A DNA stretch of 35,076 bases from a virus. Below the pieces are notes generated by a model, which saw only the letters and a program-made list of their open reading frames with translations, was not told where the DNA came from and did not search any database. Location of the stretch: the IMG/VR virus record IMGVR_UViG_3300045988_128571, positions 1-35,076 of that record; one strand, written 5' to 3'. The first letter of the stretch is position 1, and every line of letters starts with the position of its first letter. The position numbers were made by a program, and so were the translations under genes. Positions 24,410-34,377 of this stretch are shown here, piece by piece.

Positions 24410-25774
24410 TCACGCAAACCATATGTAATTATTACCAATTTTTAGCTTATTCTCATTGTTTGTGCCCACAACCTGATACCAATTATTTGTATTATCTATC
24501 TCATCTGGTGTATTCAAATAGCGATAAAACAAGCCGTTAGAATTAGCAAAAAACAGTTGCATTGTTAATGCGCGTCCGTCATGTACTGGATAAGCACTTA
24601 TTAAAACAGTTCCCCAGTGCTTATTGCCGTTAATCACAATTTCATTGGCGCGGTATACACGACAAGCATAAACGTTCTCGTCTTCATAGTGCTGACGCAA
24701 CCAGTCATTCATTTGTTGTGTATTATTAAAAGAACCGGAACACAAATTACCACCAAGCGCCTTCGCGGTGATATCGGCTAATCCGCCTTGCGTGCCGTTG
24801 CCAAACCGATATGTGTTAATATTGTGGTCACGAAAGCCGAACTGTATGGTTTCTGCATTTCCAGCAAAATTAACTTCGTTACTATAAGCTACCGGCAAAG
24901 GTACATCTTCATGATAATAACGTTCGTCTGCCTTGTCCTTAGTGTAGTAATTATCGGGATCAAATATTTCTTTTTTGTTTGCTATATCTATCGTTATTTT
25001 CGAACCATCTGCATCCGGAGTAATTTTAATGTTATCCCCGGCGATTAATTCAAGAACAGCCTGTTTTACTGCCGCAACAAGTTCTTTGTCACCGATTTTT
25101 ACTTTAGAAAATGCGTTTTGATTAACTTCTGCTTTATCTTCAATGCCAGATAGCTTTTCTTTTTCAGCATCCGTCATTTCTACCGCTGCCGCATTATTCA
25201 TATATTCAATCTTTGTTACGCTGGTTGCATTCGTCGTTACCGCTGCAGCAAAAACTCTTACGACATTTTTCCATTCTGTACCGTTATACATGTACATCTT
25301 CTGCTCAAGTGTGTTGAACACATGAGTATTTGTTGCGACGCCGGATGGCAAAGAAGTAGAAAATACTGGTTTTGTTGTTACGCTTCCGTAAGACAAAGCA
25401 CCCGCGTTATTTCGTTCTACAAACAGATAGCTTATTGCGTTAATTGGCAGCGTCCATGCGCTGATTTTCTTGTTAATTGTTTCTACGTAATCTTTCGCGC
25501 CGTTTTCATCAAAACCATCTGCCAGCGTTAAAACAACAGGTATCACACTTCCGTCAATAATGACCGACAATCCATCGCCGGAAAGAAAACTGTACTTCCC
25601 GCCGCTGTTTTTTCCGTATAAAATGCGCTGCCGAAGACCGTTCCCGCCGCCTTTTGATTGTGCGGAAAGCGCATTCCCAATCGTCTTGATTTCTTCCCGG
25701 TTTTTCAGTACAGCGTCTTTCGTGCTGTCTCCCTGCGGCGTCGGGTTCAAAGGATATTTTTCCGTATAAGGCAT
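24410..25774 (-). CDS. Tail fibre or tail spike-like protein (454 aa)
   Basis: The N-terminus MPYTEKYPLNPTPQGDSTKDAVLKNREEIKTIGNAL is fibre-like. The middle region is T/A/V-rich and the C-terminal domain is distinct. GAGGAGG RBS. Confidence 0.55.
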   Translation of the reverse strand: MPYTEKYPLNPTPQGDSTKDAVLKNREEIKTIGNALSAQSKGGGNGLRQRILYGKNSGGKYSFLSGDGLSVIIDGSVIPVVLTLADGFDENGAKDYVETINKKISAWTLPINAISYLFVERNNAGALSYGSVTTKPVFSTSLPSGVATNTHVFNTLEQKMYMYNGTEWKNVVRVFAAAVTTNATSVTKIEYMNNAAAVEMTDAEKEKLSGIEDKAEVNQNAFSKVKIGDKELVAAVKQAVLELIAGDNIKITPDADGSKITIDIANKKEIFDPDNYYTKDKADERYYHEDVPLPVAYSNEVNFAGNAETIQFGFRDHNINTYRFGNGTQGGLADITAKALGGNLCSGSFNNTQQMNDWLRQHYEDENVYACRVYRANEIVINGNKHWGTVLISAYPVHDGRALTMQLFFANSNGLFYRYLNTPDEIDNTNNWYQVVGTNNENKLKIGNNYIWFA

Positions 25775-27199
25775 TTAAACCTCCTCGTAAGTATAATCAA
25801 ACTGCCGCAAAGCGATAGCGCCCTTGGCGACAAATATTTTTATCTGCAGATGTCGGTTTGCTCCACCGCCAATCTTATTTACTTTTGTATACTCATTGCT
25901 ATTCAACCTGCCGGTTGCGTTAATCAATTTTTCATTCGCATAGTATAACTTTGTACCAGCCGCTTTGAATGTAACAGGTTTTGCCCGTTTATCGCTGATT
26001 GTAATGCTGCCATAACCTTCAATGCGGTTACTTGATACAAAATTATATGAAAACAGCAGCAAGAACAGTCTTTGCGCCAATCTGTTCCCTGAAACAATAG
26101 ATGTCGTAATCTGTTCTCCGTCGTCAGTATCGATTCCAGAATCCAACTTTCCTATCTTGTTGCCATATGCAATGTAAATCTCTTTACCGACTGTCAGGAC
26201 ATCATGCAGATCATGAACGAAAGACCTTGACGTGAAAACACCGCGTCCGTCCTCGTACCGCGGCAAGTAATGATAGATAAATATATCCTGATTTTCCCCG
26301 GGTTTAATCCACAGCTGTTTCCGGCTGGGAATATGCCACATCCGGGCTTGTTCCGATGTAATCGTTGTCAGCTGCGCATTGATATTAAGACCCACTTCGG
26401 ACGGCTGAATATTCGCATACGTATTTGTCGGAACAAAACTCATCAGCCCCGCATCGCCTAAATAATAACTTTGATCATCAATGCTGATTGAACTGCCGCA
26501 GCACAAAGCCGTTTCGGAAAGAGGATAAACAGCAAGTGTCTTCTCGTGTGGATTACCAACAACTTGATACGCCCGCCCATATTCTTTGTATACAATGATA
26601 GCCTTTGACAAGAAATCTATAGATACGATACAGCCGGGATCTTTATAGCCCACTTCTACATATTGCGCAGAAGAAGCATCATTTGTATTCGTTTTCCACG
26701 ATTTATAATCGCCAACAGCTGACCACGTGATACGGTGTCCATAAATTGACGCTACCATGACGGAGCCGGAATGGCTGCTCACAAATTCGCAAGTCGGACT
26801 TTCGTCCACAGTAGACAATATGCCTGCACCAGAAATAGCCTGCAGCTTATCGCCGGAAGCAATCAATATATCATGGTCAAAAGCATGATACTTCGGAATG
26901 CTGTTACCCGTCAGAGTTCCAAGTTTTGAGACCGTTACAAAATCGACTGTTTTGTACAGGTCGCGCCCGCAAGAAAAGTAATACTGATGGCGGTAATTGT
27001 CGTAATACAAACTTTCAATATTCGCCGTTCCCGTATAAATTATTTTCACGCCCGGCACTGTTTGAAGCGCGCCGTCCGTCGGGCTGTATTCGCAGTTAAT
27101 CGCCTGCGTTAAACTCTGTATATCAATGCTTTCTGCAGGCTTGCTCCAGTCCAGACCTAATTTGAAACCGTTTGTCGAAGCAAAGAAACGCTCACCCAT
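25775..27199 (-). CDS. Tail hub or nozzle candidate (474 aa)
   Basis: Position and size are analogous to the roughly 470-aa tail hub of P22-like podoviruses (from memory). No motif-level support. Confidence 0.4.
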   Translation of the reverse strand: MGERFFASTNGFKLGLDWSKPAESIDIQSLTQAINCEYSPTDGALQTVPGVKIIYTGTANIESLYYDNYRHQYYFSCGRDLYKTVDFVTVSKLGTLTGNSIPKYHAFDHDILIASGDKLQAISGAGILSTVDESPTCEFVSSHSGSVMVASIYGHRITWSAVGDYKSWKTNTNDASSAQYVEVGYKDPGCIVSIDFLSKAIIVYKEYGRAYQVVGNPHEKTLAVYPLSETALCCGSSISIDDQSYYLGDAGLMSFVPTNTYANIQPSEVGLNINAQLTTITSEQARMWHIPSRKQLWIKPGENQDIFIYHYLPRYEDGRGVFTSRSFVHDLHDVLTVGKEIYIAYGNKIGKLDSGIDTDDGEQITTSIVSGNRLAQRLFLLLFSYNFVSSNRIEGYGSITISDKRAKPVTFKAAGTKLYYANEKLINATGRLNSNEYTKVNKIGGGANRHLQIKIFVAKGAIALRQFDYTYEEV

Positions 27200-27200
27200 A

Positions 27201-27671
27201 TTATCGCCCTCTTGCCGCTTGGATTGCCGTTGTTAAATCAGCAATAAACGCTTTATCTGCACTGGCATAATCCAGCATTAAAGATTTCTTTTTGACAAGA
27301 AATGAGACCAGCTGCACAAGCACGAAATGAAAGATTTCGCTGAATGGAATCGAATCAGTTTCATCCGATATATGCGGCTTTTTCACAGCGTAGAATACAT
27401 CACTGACAGTCTTTCCACCGTACGTCTGAAAAGACCCGTTCACAATGCGCACGGGATAACCCGTCGCCGGAACAAACGCTGTAAAATCACCGGGTATCGG
27501 ATTATTGTTGCTAATGTCCATACTTTTTACAACTTCCCTGTCTTTCATCGGGACCAAAATCATCACGAGATAGTCAATAGCTGCATTAATATAAGGGATA
27601 TATTCCGTGCTATCATCCAGTATTTCATTCGTGTCCAGATTAATCATCGTAATCAGTTCGCCTGCTGTCAT
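27201..27671 (-). CDS. Head-tail adaptor candidate (156 aa)
   Basis: The ATG at 27671 (MTAGELITMINL...) is preferred. Call is by position, downstream of the capsid gene. Confidence 0.4.
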   Translation of the reverse strand: MTAGELITMINLDTNEILDDSTEYIPYINAAIDYLVMILVPMKDREVVKSMDISNNNPIPGDFTAFVPATGYPVRIVNGSFQTYGGKTVSDVFYAVKKPHISDETDSIPFSEIFHFVLVQLVSFLVKKKSLMLDYASADKAFIADLTTAIQAARGR

Positions 27672-28191
27672 ACGGCCAATACCCCCTTGCAATAAAACCG
27701 CTTTCATCGTCCATTTGACGTGCCATTTCTGAAATCGTATCTTCCCATCCGGGAACAAACGATAAGTCCGCTTTCAGGATCCGCGCTACCATGTAATTTA
27801 CAAGAAGACTTTCTATTTCTGCCGGATAACCGCTTTCATTATCCATTTCTTTATAATCTGCAGACGGGATATATACGACGGTTAGCCCTCGTTGCAGCGT
27901 ATTTTTCGCAGTAATGATTTTGTGGTCTTCCATCGTGTAATCAGCGGGATGACCATACATATCCTTTACTGATACAATCCGCAGTGCGAAAGAAGAAAGC
28001 CCAATCGTCGGCCTGTTCGGAACTCCCGTCTCCGTTACACGTAAAATATCCGGAATATACCGCAGTACAATCTTATGCAGAATATGATTTCCTTCGTTAT
28101 AAAACTCCAGAAACTGATACGGCGTATAGTTCACCTGCGACGTATCGCCCACCTGCATATACGCACGGTTAATCAAGTCTTTAATTATCAT
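27640..28191 (-). CDS. Head-tail connector or adaptor candidate (183 aa)
   Basis: First gene after the capsid terminator. Call is by position only. Confidence 0.45.
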   Translation of the reverse strand: MIIKDLINRAYMQVGDTSQVNYTPYQFLEFYNEGNHILHKIVLRYIPDILRVTETGVPNRPTIGLSSFALRIVSVKDMYGHPADYTMEDHKIITAKNTLQRGLTVVYIPSADYKEMDNESGYPAEIESLLVNYMVARILKADLSFVPGWEDTISEMARQMDDESGFIARGYWPYDSRRTDYDD

Positions 28192-28199
28192 GGTTACTC

Positions 28200-28232
28200 C
28201 TTAAGAAAGGAAAGAGGGCTTTTTACAGCCCT
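28200..28232 (-). terminator. Leaky terminator after the major capsid gene
   Basis: The minus strand reads gagggct-gtaaaa-agccctc followed by tttcctttctt. Confidence 0.55.
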
Positions 28233-28251
28233 CACCTTATCTCCATTGAAA

Positions 28252-29220
28252 TTACTCTACAGCACCGCCGGTCATGACCTGCATCACGCCGTAGTCCTTG
28301 CTGTTGTAGATGGATTTTTCAATGCCGCCGAAGAACGCGATACCGTTCCCCTGTACATTGCCGTAATCATCCTCATCCTTAATGAATCGAGCTTCACGAG
28401 CCACAGCGAAGCATGCCGCCTGCTGCCCTAAAAGCAAATTATGAACAACATTTGCGGAAGACGCACCGGTTTTCGTATTTATGATACGTTCATATTCATA
28501 CAGAACGACGCCGTCATATTCGCCGAGCGCTCCAGTGAAAATCGGGTTTTTGCTGCCGCGGATTGCCGCGTTCTGCTGTGCCGCCTGCCATACCGGATCT
28601 GCTTTCAAGTCACGCGCTGCCCATGTGCCGACAAGCATGATGTATTTCTCCTGTCCGTCAATCTTAAGCGGTTTCACTGTCGGTTCATGCATTTTAGCCT
28701 TGCGTTTCGCCTTTGCAATCAGCGCACAGGTCAGCTTGTCATTAGCCGTTAAAGAAACCTCTGTTCCTGCAGCAGACGCAAACATTCTCTCGCCGGTTGT
28801 CGGATTAGCCGTCAGTGCGGAAATTAGTTTGTTGTCTTTCCAGTCGGACAGCCACTGCACCAACACCCCCTTGATAAGAGGCAAATTTTCATACGGAGAT
28901 TTCTGGTCATCCGCCTCAAAGCGCGTAACTGCGTTTCTGACCAAAGTAGTCTTTACGCTGAAATCATACATCTGCATTTCTTCTTCATTACCTTTGAGTG
29001 TGTTATTCCCAGAAACGCCGTTACCTTTAAGATTCATTGCCAGTCCAAAGTTTACTTCATCGCCTTTAGCCTGTTTTAGATCTTTATTCGTATGAACAAC
29101 ATTACTCCCATTAGTAGACGTAAACTTATCAAAATAAGAAGCTTTTAAACCTTCTCTCCATACCTTTTTCGTCCAGAGTTTAGGAACCAATTTTTCAGGA
29201 ATTTTAAATTCATGTGCCAT
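28252..29220 (-). CDS. Major capsid protein (HK97 fold; resembles the N4 gp56-type family from memory)
   Basis: 322 aa. KLWTKKVWREGLKASYFDKF...KGDEVNFGLAMNLKGNGVSGNNTLKGNEEEM pattern. Follows the scaffold gene. Strong AAGGAG RBS and its own terminator. Confidence 0.8.
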   Translation of the reverse strand: MAHEFKIPEKLVPKLWTKKVWREGLKASYFDKFTSTNGSNVVHTNKDLKQAKGDEVNFGLAMNLKGNGVSGNNTLKGNEEEMQMYDFSVKTTLVRNAVTRFEADDQKSPYENLPLIKGVLVQWLSDWKDNKLISALTANPTTGERMFASAAGTEVSLTANDKLTCALIAKAKRKAKMHEPTVKPLKIDGQEKYIMLVGTWAARDLKADPVWQAAQQNAAIRGSKNPIFTGALGEYDGVVLYEYERIINTKTGASSANVVHNLLLGQQAACFAVAREARFIKDEDDYGNVQGNGIAFFGGIEKSIYNSKDYGVMQVMTGGAVE

Positions 29221-29246
29221 ATTTCATTCTCCTTTTTGTAAAATAA

Positions 29247-30155
29247 TTAATCACCGCAGAGGTCATCAATCTGCTTTCTGATTTCCGCCGGAAGTTCATT
29301 CTCCCGGCCTTCATCGACATACCGCAGGATTTCTTCTTCGGACAGTTTTGCGCCAGTTAGAGTACCGCCGTTTAATGCACTTGCTTTCGGCAGCGTTTTA
29401 GCCGTTTCGAGCGGATTTTGTGCAGGCGTGGTCATTGCTGATTTTACCTTTTCAGCAAAATCACGAATAACTTTAAAGTCTGCATCAGTGCCTATCCCCT
29501 GATCAATACGTGAAAATGCCGCATCAATCGGAGCAGCGTCTTTTCGCGTCATGCCATCCAGCATTTCAGTGCCCTTCTGCCACAGCTCGCCGATATTCGG
29601 AATAGCCTTAAGCTCGCCAATAAACGCTACATTTTTCTGATAGGTTTCCTGCCGCTCTTCCTGCTGGCGTGTCATCTGATATTCAATCCGTGCTTGTTCA
29701 TGAAGAAGTTCCTGATACTTTTGTGCATCGGTGAACATTAAATCAGATGCGTCATCAATCTTGAGCCGACGTGCGGCTTCCTGCTGCGCATAACTGCGAA
29801 TTTGATTCAAATCTTCCGGAGATAATACCGGTTTCTGTGATATGCTCATCTGTGAACGCAAAGTATTAGCCGCTTCTTCGGCCGCTTTTCTGCGAGCCCT
29901 TTCTTCCGCTAACGCTTTCTTTAAATCGCCGCCTGCCGGATTGTCTTCCGGTTCCTTTGCCGGTTCAATTTTCGTTTTAGGTTCCGATTCAGAATCAGGG
30001 TCAGTTTTCGGCTGTCCGTCTGCAGAATTATCTTCCGGTTTCTTTGGATCATTACCAGCTGAAGTTGCCGGTTCCGGCTTATCAAGACCTGCTTCTTCCA
30101 AATCTTCCGCGTCAAAGCCTAAATCTTCTGCGTTAAGCATTGCTTCATTTTCCAT
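29247..30155 (-). CDS. Scaffolding protein
   Basis: 302 aa with a highly acidic, P/E/K-rich N-terminus and helical coiled regions. Located between the portal and capsid genes. Confidence 0.7.
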   Translation of the reverse strand: MENEAMLNAEDLGFDAEDLEEAGLDKPEPATSAGNDPKKPEDNSADGQPKTDPDSESEPKTKIEPAKEPEDNPAGGDLKKALAEERARRKAAEEAANTLRSQMSISQKPVLSPEDLNQIRSYAQQEAARRLKIDDASDLMFTDAQKYQELLHEQARIEYQMTRQQEERQETYQKNVAFIGELKAIPNIGELWQKGTEMLDGMTRKDAAPIDAAFSRIDQGIGTDADFKVIRDFAEKVKSAMTTPAQNPLETAKTLPKASALNGGTLTGAKLSEEEILRYVDEGRENELPAEIRKQIDDLCGD

Positions 30156-30281
30156 GATTATCTCCTTCTGCCGGTTTAACGACGTCGGCGGTCGAATGAT
30201 TTTTGTAGTAGTTTACCGTCTCTTTTCGGACGAAAGAAAAAAGCCTTTTAACGTCGTTGCTTAGGACGATATATCAAGGCA

Positions 30282-32243
30282 TTACTGCCCTAATAGCTGT
30301 GGTTGTTGTATCGGAATTTGCGGTTGCACCGGCGGAGCGATTGCACGCCCTTTCAGTGCTAATCTTTCCTGCATAATTTGATCAGGCGAAATATTTACCC
30401 CGATAGACTGCAGCGCCGTTGACAGTGCTTCCGCCGGTAAATCTTCAATACTTGCGCTGACTTTAAGGTCCGGTATTTTCGGCTGTTCGGAAGCCTGCTG
30501 CATACGCTTCTTGACCGTTTCTTTTTCCGGGAAATCCATGAAGTCAAGAATGATATCCATCGGAATATCAACACCTGCCTTCTTCGCTTCCAGCAACTGA
30601 TACAAATTCGCCCGCCGTGCGGTAGCGCTTGCCTGCGACGTTGTGATTACAATGTCGAAATCGAAAGCGGATAAATCATACAGTACTTTCGTTACCGGGT
30701 CACCGTTTTCATCCGTCACCGGCATACCGTTCTGATCTACCGTCTGCTGTTCTTGCATTGCTTGTCCCAGTCTTGGCTGTATCTGCACAAATTCTTTCTT
30801 GCCGTCTTCACCGAGAATCCGCATAACTTTATCTTTGTTATAAAACTGCGGGATTAGTCCCGGCGTGTATGTGTCTCCCCACAAGAGTTTTACAATCTGC
30901 AGTTCAGCTTCTTTTGCTTTGTCGAATATTTCCGCTGTCTGCACTGTGGTAACGGATTGCCGAAGGTCGATTGCCTTTCCGCTCATTGCCCCAATACTGC
31001 CTGACAGGCTCTCCGGAGTAATGCCTGAAATCGTGTAGAAATCACTGCTTGAGCGGTTTTCAAGCTCTATATTATTGACAGACTGCGCAGACGGAAGCCC
31101 GTCGGTAAATGTCACACCCGGCTTTAAGAAAATATTCGCACCCGGAGTTGTAGACAGATTCCGAATTTCCTGTTTTTCTTTTTCGTCAAACTGCGGTCCA
31201 GTCCAGAACCGGACGCCAAGCGACTGCTGATTAACAATGTGCATGCGCTGACTGCGGTTCTTGTTGAGTTCGCGCTGTGCGTCTTTTAGATCCCGCACAA
31301 TGCCCGCCGGTTCCAATCCGTCATCTAAGTCCTCGCCGTAACCGGATAAGTAGCAATACTGCCGCACAAGTGGGAATTGATTGTGTTTATAAGGACTTTC
31401 TCCCTCTTCGAGTAATACATCTCCGCAGAACGTTGCGTATCTGATTTTCGTAACTGGTATTTCTTCCGGTTCCGCTCCAGACATTAAAAAAGCCGAATAT
31501 AAATCCGGCTGCGATTCATCGACGATCATTCCGTCTGCAGAAAACACTTTCTTCCGTGTGTATTCTTTATACCAGTACTGCACCACACGAAGCTTTTTTA
31601 AATCCCGCGAATACCAGAGCGGCTCCGTATCGACCGTCTCCAATTCGCTGTCATCGTATTTATGCGTGAGCATGGCAATTTCATCTGCTTTGTCCGCATA
31701 TATTTGCTTCAATTTATCCGGACTTTCCCAGCTGTAACGCCCGCAGTAGAAAGCGTCTGATAAATCATCTTCTTTGCATTCCGGATCAACGAATACATCA
31801 AAAGGGCTGACGTTTTTGATCTGTATCCGACCATCCATGCGGGCGTAATCAAATTCATAACTGACCCAGTAGTTTCCGACACCACAAATGATAGCGTCTT
31901 TGAATGCCTTTTTCTTAACGCTCTGATAATTCGTCTTGTCGAAAGTGTACTTCGTGATACCTTTGGCTACTCGTGCTACGCGATCATCTTCTTCTGACCG
32001 CGGCAGGAAATCAGGTTCCGTCTCATTCTGCGCCGCATAGCCGGAAAGAAGATTAATAACCGGACGGATACGGTTAATTGTAATAACCGGACGGGATTTC
32101 TGTTTCATTACTTTTAAATCCGCGTCCGTCCACTGTTTACCGCGCATGAAATCATAATCTTCTTTTGCAATTTTGCGCCATTCGCTTGTTAGCTGCAGCG
32201 CCCTTTTTACATTATTTCGCGCTTCGGATAAATCAAAACTCAT
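30282..32243 (-). CDS. Portal protein
   Basis: 653 aa. EDYDFMRGKQWTDADLKVMKQKSRPVITINRIRPVINLLSGY portal-type motif. Located after terL. Confidence 0.8.
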   Translation of the reverse strand: MSFDLSEARNNVKRALQLTSEWRKIAKEDYDFMRGKQWTDADLKVMKQKSRPVITINRIRPVINLLSGYAAQNETEPDFLPRSEEDDRVARVAKGITKYTFDKTNYQSVKKKAFKDAIICGVGNYWVSYEFDYARMDGRIQIKNVSPFDVFVDPECKEDDLSDAFYCGRYSWESPDKLKQIYADKADEIAMLTHKYDDSELETVDTEPLWYSRDLKKLRVVQYWYKEYTRKKVFSADGMIVDESQPDLYSAFLMSGAEPEEIPVTKIRYATFCGDVLLEEGESPYKHNQFPLVRQYCYLSGYGEDLDDGLEPAGIVRDLKDAQRELNKNRSQRMHIVNQQSLGVRFWTGPQFDEKEKQEIRNLSTTPGANIFLKPGVTFTDGLPSAQSVNNIELENRSSSDFYTISGITPESLSGSIGAMSGKAIDLRQSVTTVQTAEIFDKAKEAELQIVKLLWGDTYTPGLIPQFYNKDKVMRILGEDGKKEFVQIQPRLGQAMQEQQTVDQNGMPVTDENGDPVTKVLYDLSAFDFDIVITTSQASATARRANLYQLLEAKKAGVDIPMDIILDFMDFPEKETVKKRMQQASEQPKIPDLKVSASIEDLPAEALSTALQSIGVNISPDQIMQERLALKGRAIAPPVQPQIPIQQPQLLGQ

Positions 32244-32431
32244 TCGACAAGTTCTCCTTTAAACATCATTCTATACATCTGCCTAAGCTGCCATTCTGGC
32301 ATCTGCGCTGCGAACGCCGCCAGCTCTTCATCGCTTTTCTTTGCCGGAATTAAAATCCCGTTCTCCATATGTTCACCGTACTCTGATTTGAGCACTCTAT
32401 AAGCATAATCTCTAAGCGCTCTGTCACTCAT
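32240..32431 (-). CDS. Small hypothetical protein (63 aa) between terL and the portal gene
   Basis: The ATG at 32431 shares a base with the terL stop (TAATG). Its own stop overlaps the portal ATG (ATGA). Confidence 0.5.
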   Translation of the reverse strand: MSDRALRDYAYRVLKSEYGEHMENGILIPAKKSDEELAAFAAQMPEWQLRQMYRMMFKGELVE

Positions 32432-33795
32432 TACACGCCCCACGCCGTTGATTCATCTCCTTCCGTATCTTCATATCTGTATCCATCATTGAATGGCTTT
32501 TCTACTTTTACCGGCTGAATCGGACGGCTCATCAGGTAATATCTGACGCTGTCGTAACTATGGTCTTCTTGCTGTGTATCCACGTCCTCGACTTTGTGCT
32601 TATCGTATGTCAATGCCGGCAGCGTCCGTATCAAGTGATAACACGTTTTGAATATCTTGAGCTTTCGTTCTTTCAGCCTTAGATGTACCTGCATTTTCCC
32701 TGCCAATCTGTCATTATCCGCCGGATACCACGGTACGCCTTCCGCCGCGAAAACTTCTGCGATTGACGGCCCGTCATGACCTGTTTTCTGCCAAATTGCC
32801 GGATCCGCAATACCGAACTCACTGCCCAAATGTTTAATCTTCTGCGCTACTTCCCGCGCCGTTTCCTGCGTACCCGTGTTAACTGTTCCCGGCTTGCAGC
32901 CGTACCATTCGTTAATTACATAGACAATACCGTCATAATCTACTGCATATTCGTAAATCGCGTACGGTTTGCTATATCCCCAGTCCATTGACCTTCCGCG
33001 CTGCCAGCTTGGTGGTACTTCAAATGGTTCAACAACGTGTATATCCGTCCTGAACTCTTCAAAAACTTGTCCCTCAAATATATTCCAGTCGCCCTCACGA
33101 TATGCCTTTCTAAGTTTATCCGGCAGCGTATCAAGCGCGTCACTGTATCCCGCTGGCAAGTATGGATTATCATCAATCCGTGCCTGTACAAAAGCAATTT
33201 TATTTGCGAAATCCCGCATTTCCGGCGGAATATTTCTGTCAATGAATAGGTTTCTGACCCACATATGACCCTTACCGCCGGGATTCGTCCCTGCAATCAG
33301 CTTAGGGTCCTCAACGCCAACCCAGCGAAGCCGCATGCGGAGAAAATCAAAAACAGTCTGTTCATTCAGCGTCAATTCGTCAATCGCGATTGCCGCAAAT
33401 TCTGATGATAAATATTTTGACGGATTATCCAGATTACGGAAACATATTACCCCGCTGCCGAATGCCGGATTTAGTGTAAATTCATGCGTCGCTTCTTTGT
33501 AGCTGCCGAGCCAGTCAGGAAACTCCATTTTGATTTTCGACAACTGTCTATCACGCAGTGCCGGATAATCTTCGCAAAACAGCCCAACGCGGATATCTTT
33601 TAATTTCAGATGCTTGTACCAGCTGATTAGGAGATAAACCAGTTCCCAGCGCAAAATATACGATTTCCCGCCACCTGCTGCACCGCCATAAAGAATGTAT
33701 GTATTATCCTTGACCGTCCGCATAAATTCCCGTTGTTTTGCCGTCGGGTGAATGATATCATTAACAAGATTAATCGTCTGTGCTGATGTCATCAT
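32431..33795 (-). CDS. terL: Terminase large subunit
   Basis: Walker A YGGAAGGGKSY, IAIDELT (Walker B-like), and a C-terminal nuclease region with SMDWGYSKP...DHSYDSVRY. Confidence 0.92.
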   Translation of the reverse strand: MMTSAQTINLVNDIIHPTAKQREFMRTVKDNTYILYGGAAGGGKSYILRWELVYLLISWYKHLKLKDIRVGLFCEDYPALRDRQLSKIKMEFPDWLGSYKEATHEFTLNPAFGSGVICFRNLDNPSKYLSSEFAAIAIDELTLNEQTVFDFLRMRLRWVGVEDPKLIAGTNPGGKGHMWVRNLFIDRNIPPEMRDFANKIAFVQARIDDNPYLPAGYSDALDTLPDKLRKAYREGDWNIFEGQVFEEFRTDIHVVEPFEVPPSWQRGRSMDWGYSKPYAIYEYAVDYDGIVYVINEWYGCKPGTVNTGTQETAREVAQKIKHLGSEFGIADPAIWQKTGHDGPSIAEVFAAEGVPWYPADNDRLAGKMQVHLRLKERKLKIFKTCYHLIRTLPALTYDKHKVEDVDTQQEDHSYDSVRYYLMSRPIQPVKVEKPFNDGYRYEDTEGDESTAWGV

Positions 33796-34258
33796 CTACC
33801 ACCAGATTAATTCCGATATTGCCGGATAATTCTTTTTCCTGCTTGTCTCTCCATTCCGATTTCCGATTCGTCAGCCAAAAAATAAGTGCTTTCACGTCCG
33901 GCGGTACATAAACCTCTTCCGGAACCATCTTGATATATTCTTTTTCAGATATACGTTTTCCATTTTTGTATAAAATCTGTTTCAGTTTTATCGGTTTCAT
34001 TATAGTTTCTTTGATTCCGATAGCTTTTTGATACAATGCATTTTCAGCAACAATATCAGTTACTTCTTTCCCGCGCGATAAAGCCTCGGAAAATTCGGGG
34101 TACTTCTTAATCCATGTATACAATGTATCTTGATTAATTCCGATATTATGTGCAATTTGCTCATTACTTAATCCGTCTCGCGCCCATGCCTGCAGGCGCA
34201 GAAGATTATCCGGAAGAAGCCACTTTGCATACTTGCCTTTTGCGCCCACAGTAATCAC
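33770..34258 (-). CDS. terS: Terminase small subunit (HTH N-terminus)
   Basis: LQAWARDGLSNEQIAHNIGINQDTLYTWIKKYPEFSEAL helix-turn-helix. Overlaps the terL start. The GTG start at 34258 is uncertain. Confidence 0.75.
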   Translation of the reverse strand: MITVGAKGKYAKWLLPDNLLRLQAWARDGLSNEQIAHNIGINQDTLYTWIKKYPEFSEALSRGKEVTDIVAENALYQKAIGIKETIMKPIKLKQILYKNGKRISEKEYIKMVPEEVYVPPDVKALIFWLTNRKSEWRDKQEKELSGNIGINLVVDDDISTDD

Positions 34259-34265
34259 CGCCTTT

Positions 34266-34312
34266 TAGATAAACAAACGAAAAGCACGCACTTTGGTAGA
34301 GTACGTGCTTTT
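34266..34312 (-). terminator. Hairpin plus U-rich tract between the late activator and terS (terminator or attenuator candidate)
   Basis: aaaagcacg(cac) / (gta)cgtgctttt stem at 34280-34312. On the minus strand it is followed by tcgtttgtttatc. Confidence 0.45.
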
Positions 34313-34377
34313 CTAAAATTGAGGAGGAAAGTATCTCTCGATATTTTCACACTATCATAATACCACTTTTAAATGTC

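Noticed and set aside
28481-29095. 204-aa plus-strand ORF inside the capsid gene, and similar long antisense ORFs at 29842-30264, 16612-17088, 17866-18303 and 27327-27695
   Set aside because: All are antisense to strongly supported minus-strand structural genes. They are S/C/F-rich without RBSs, so they are shadow ORFs.
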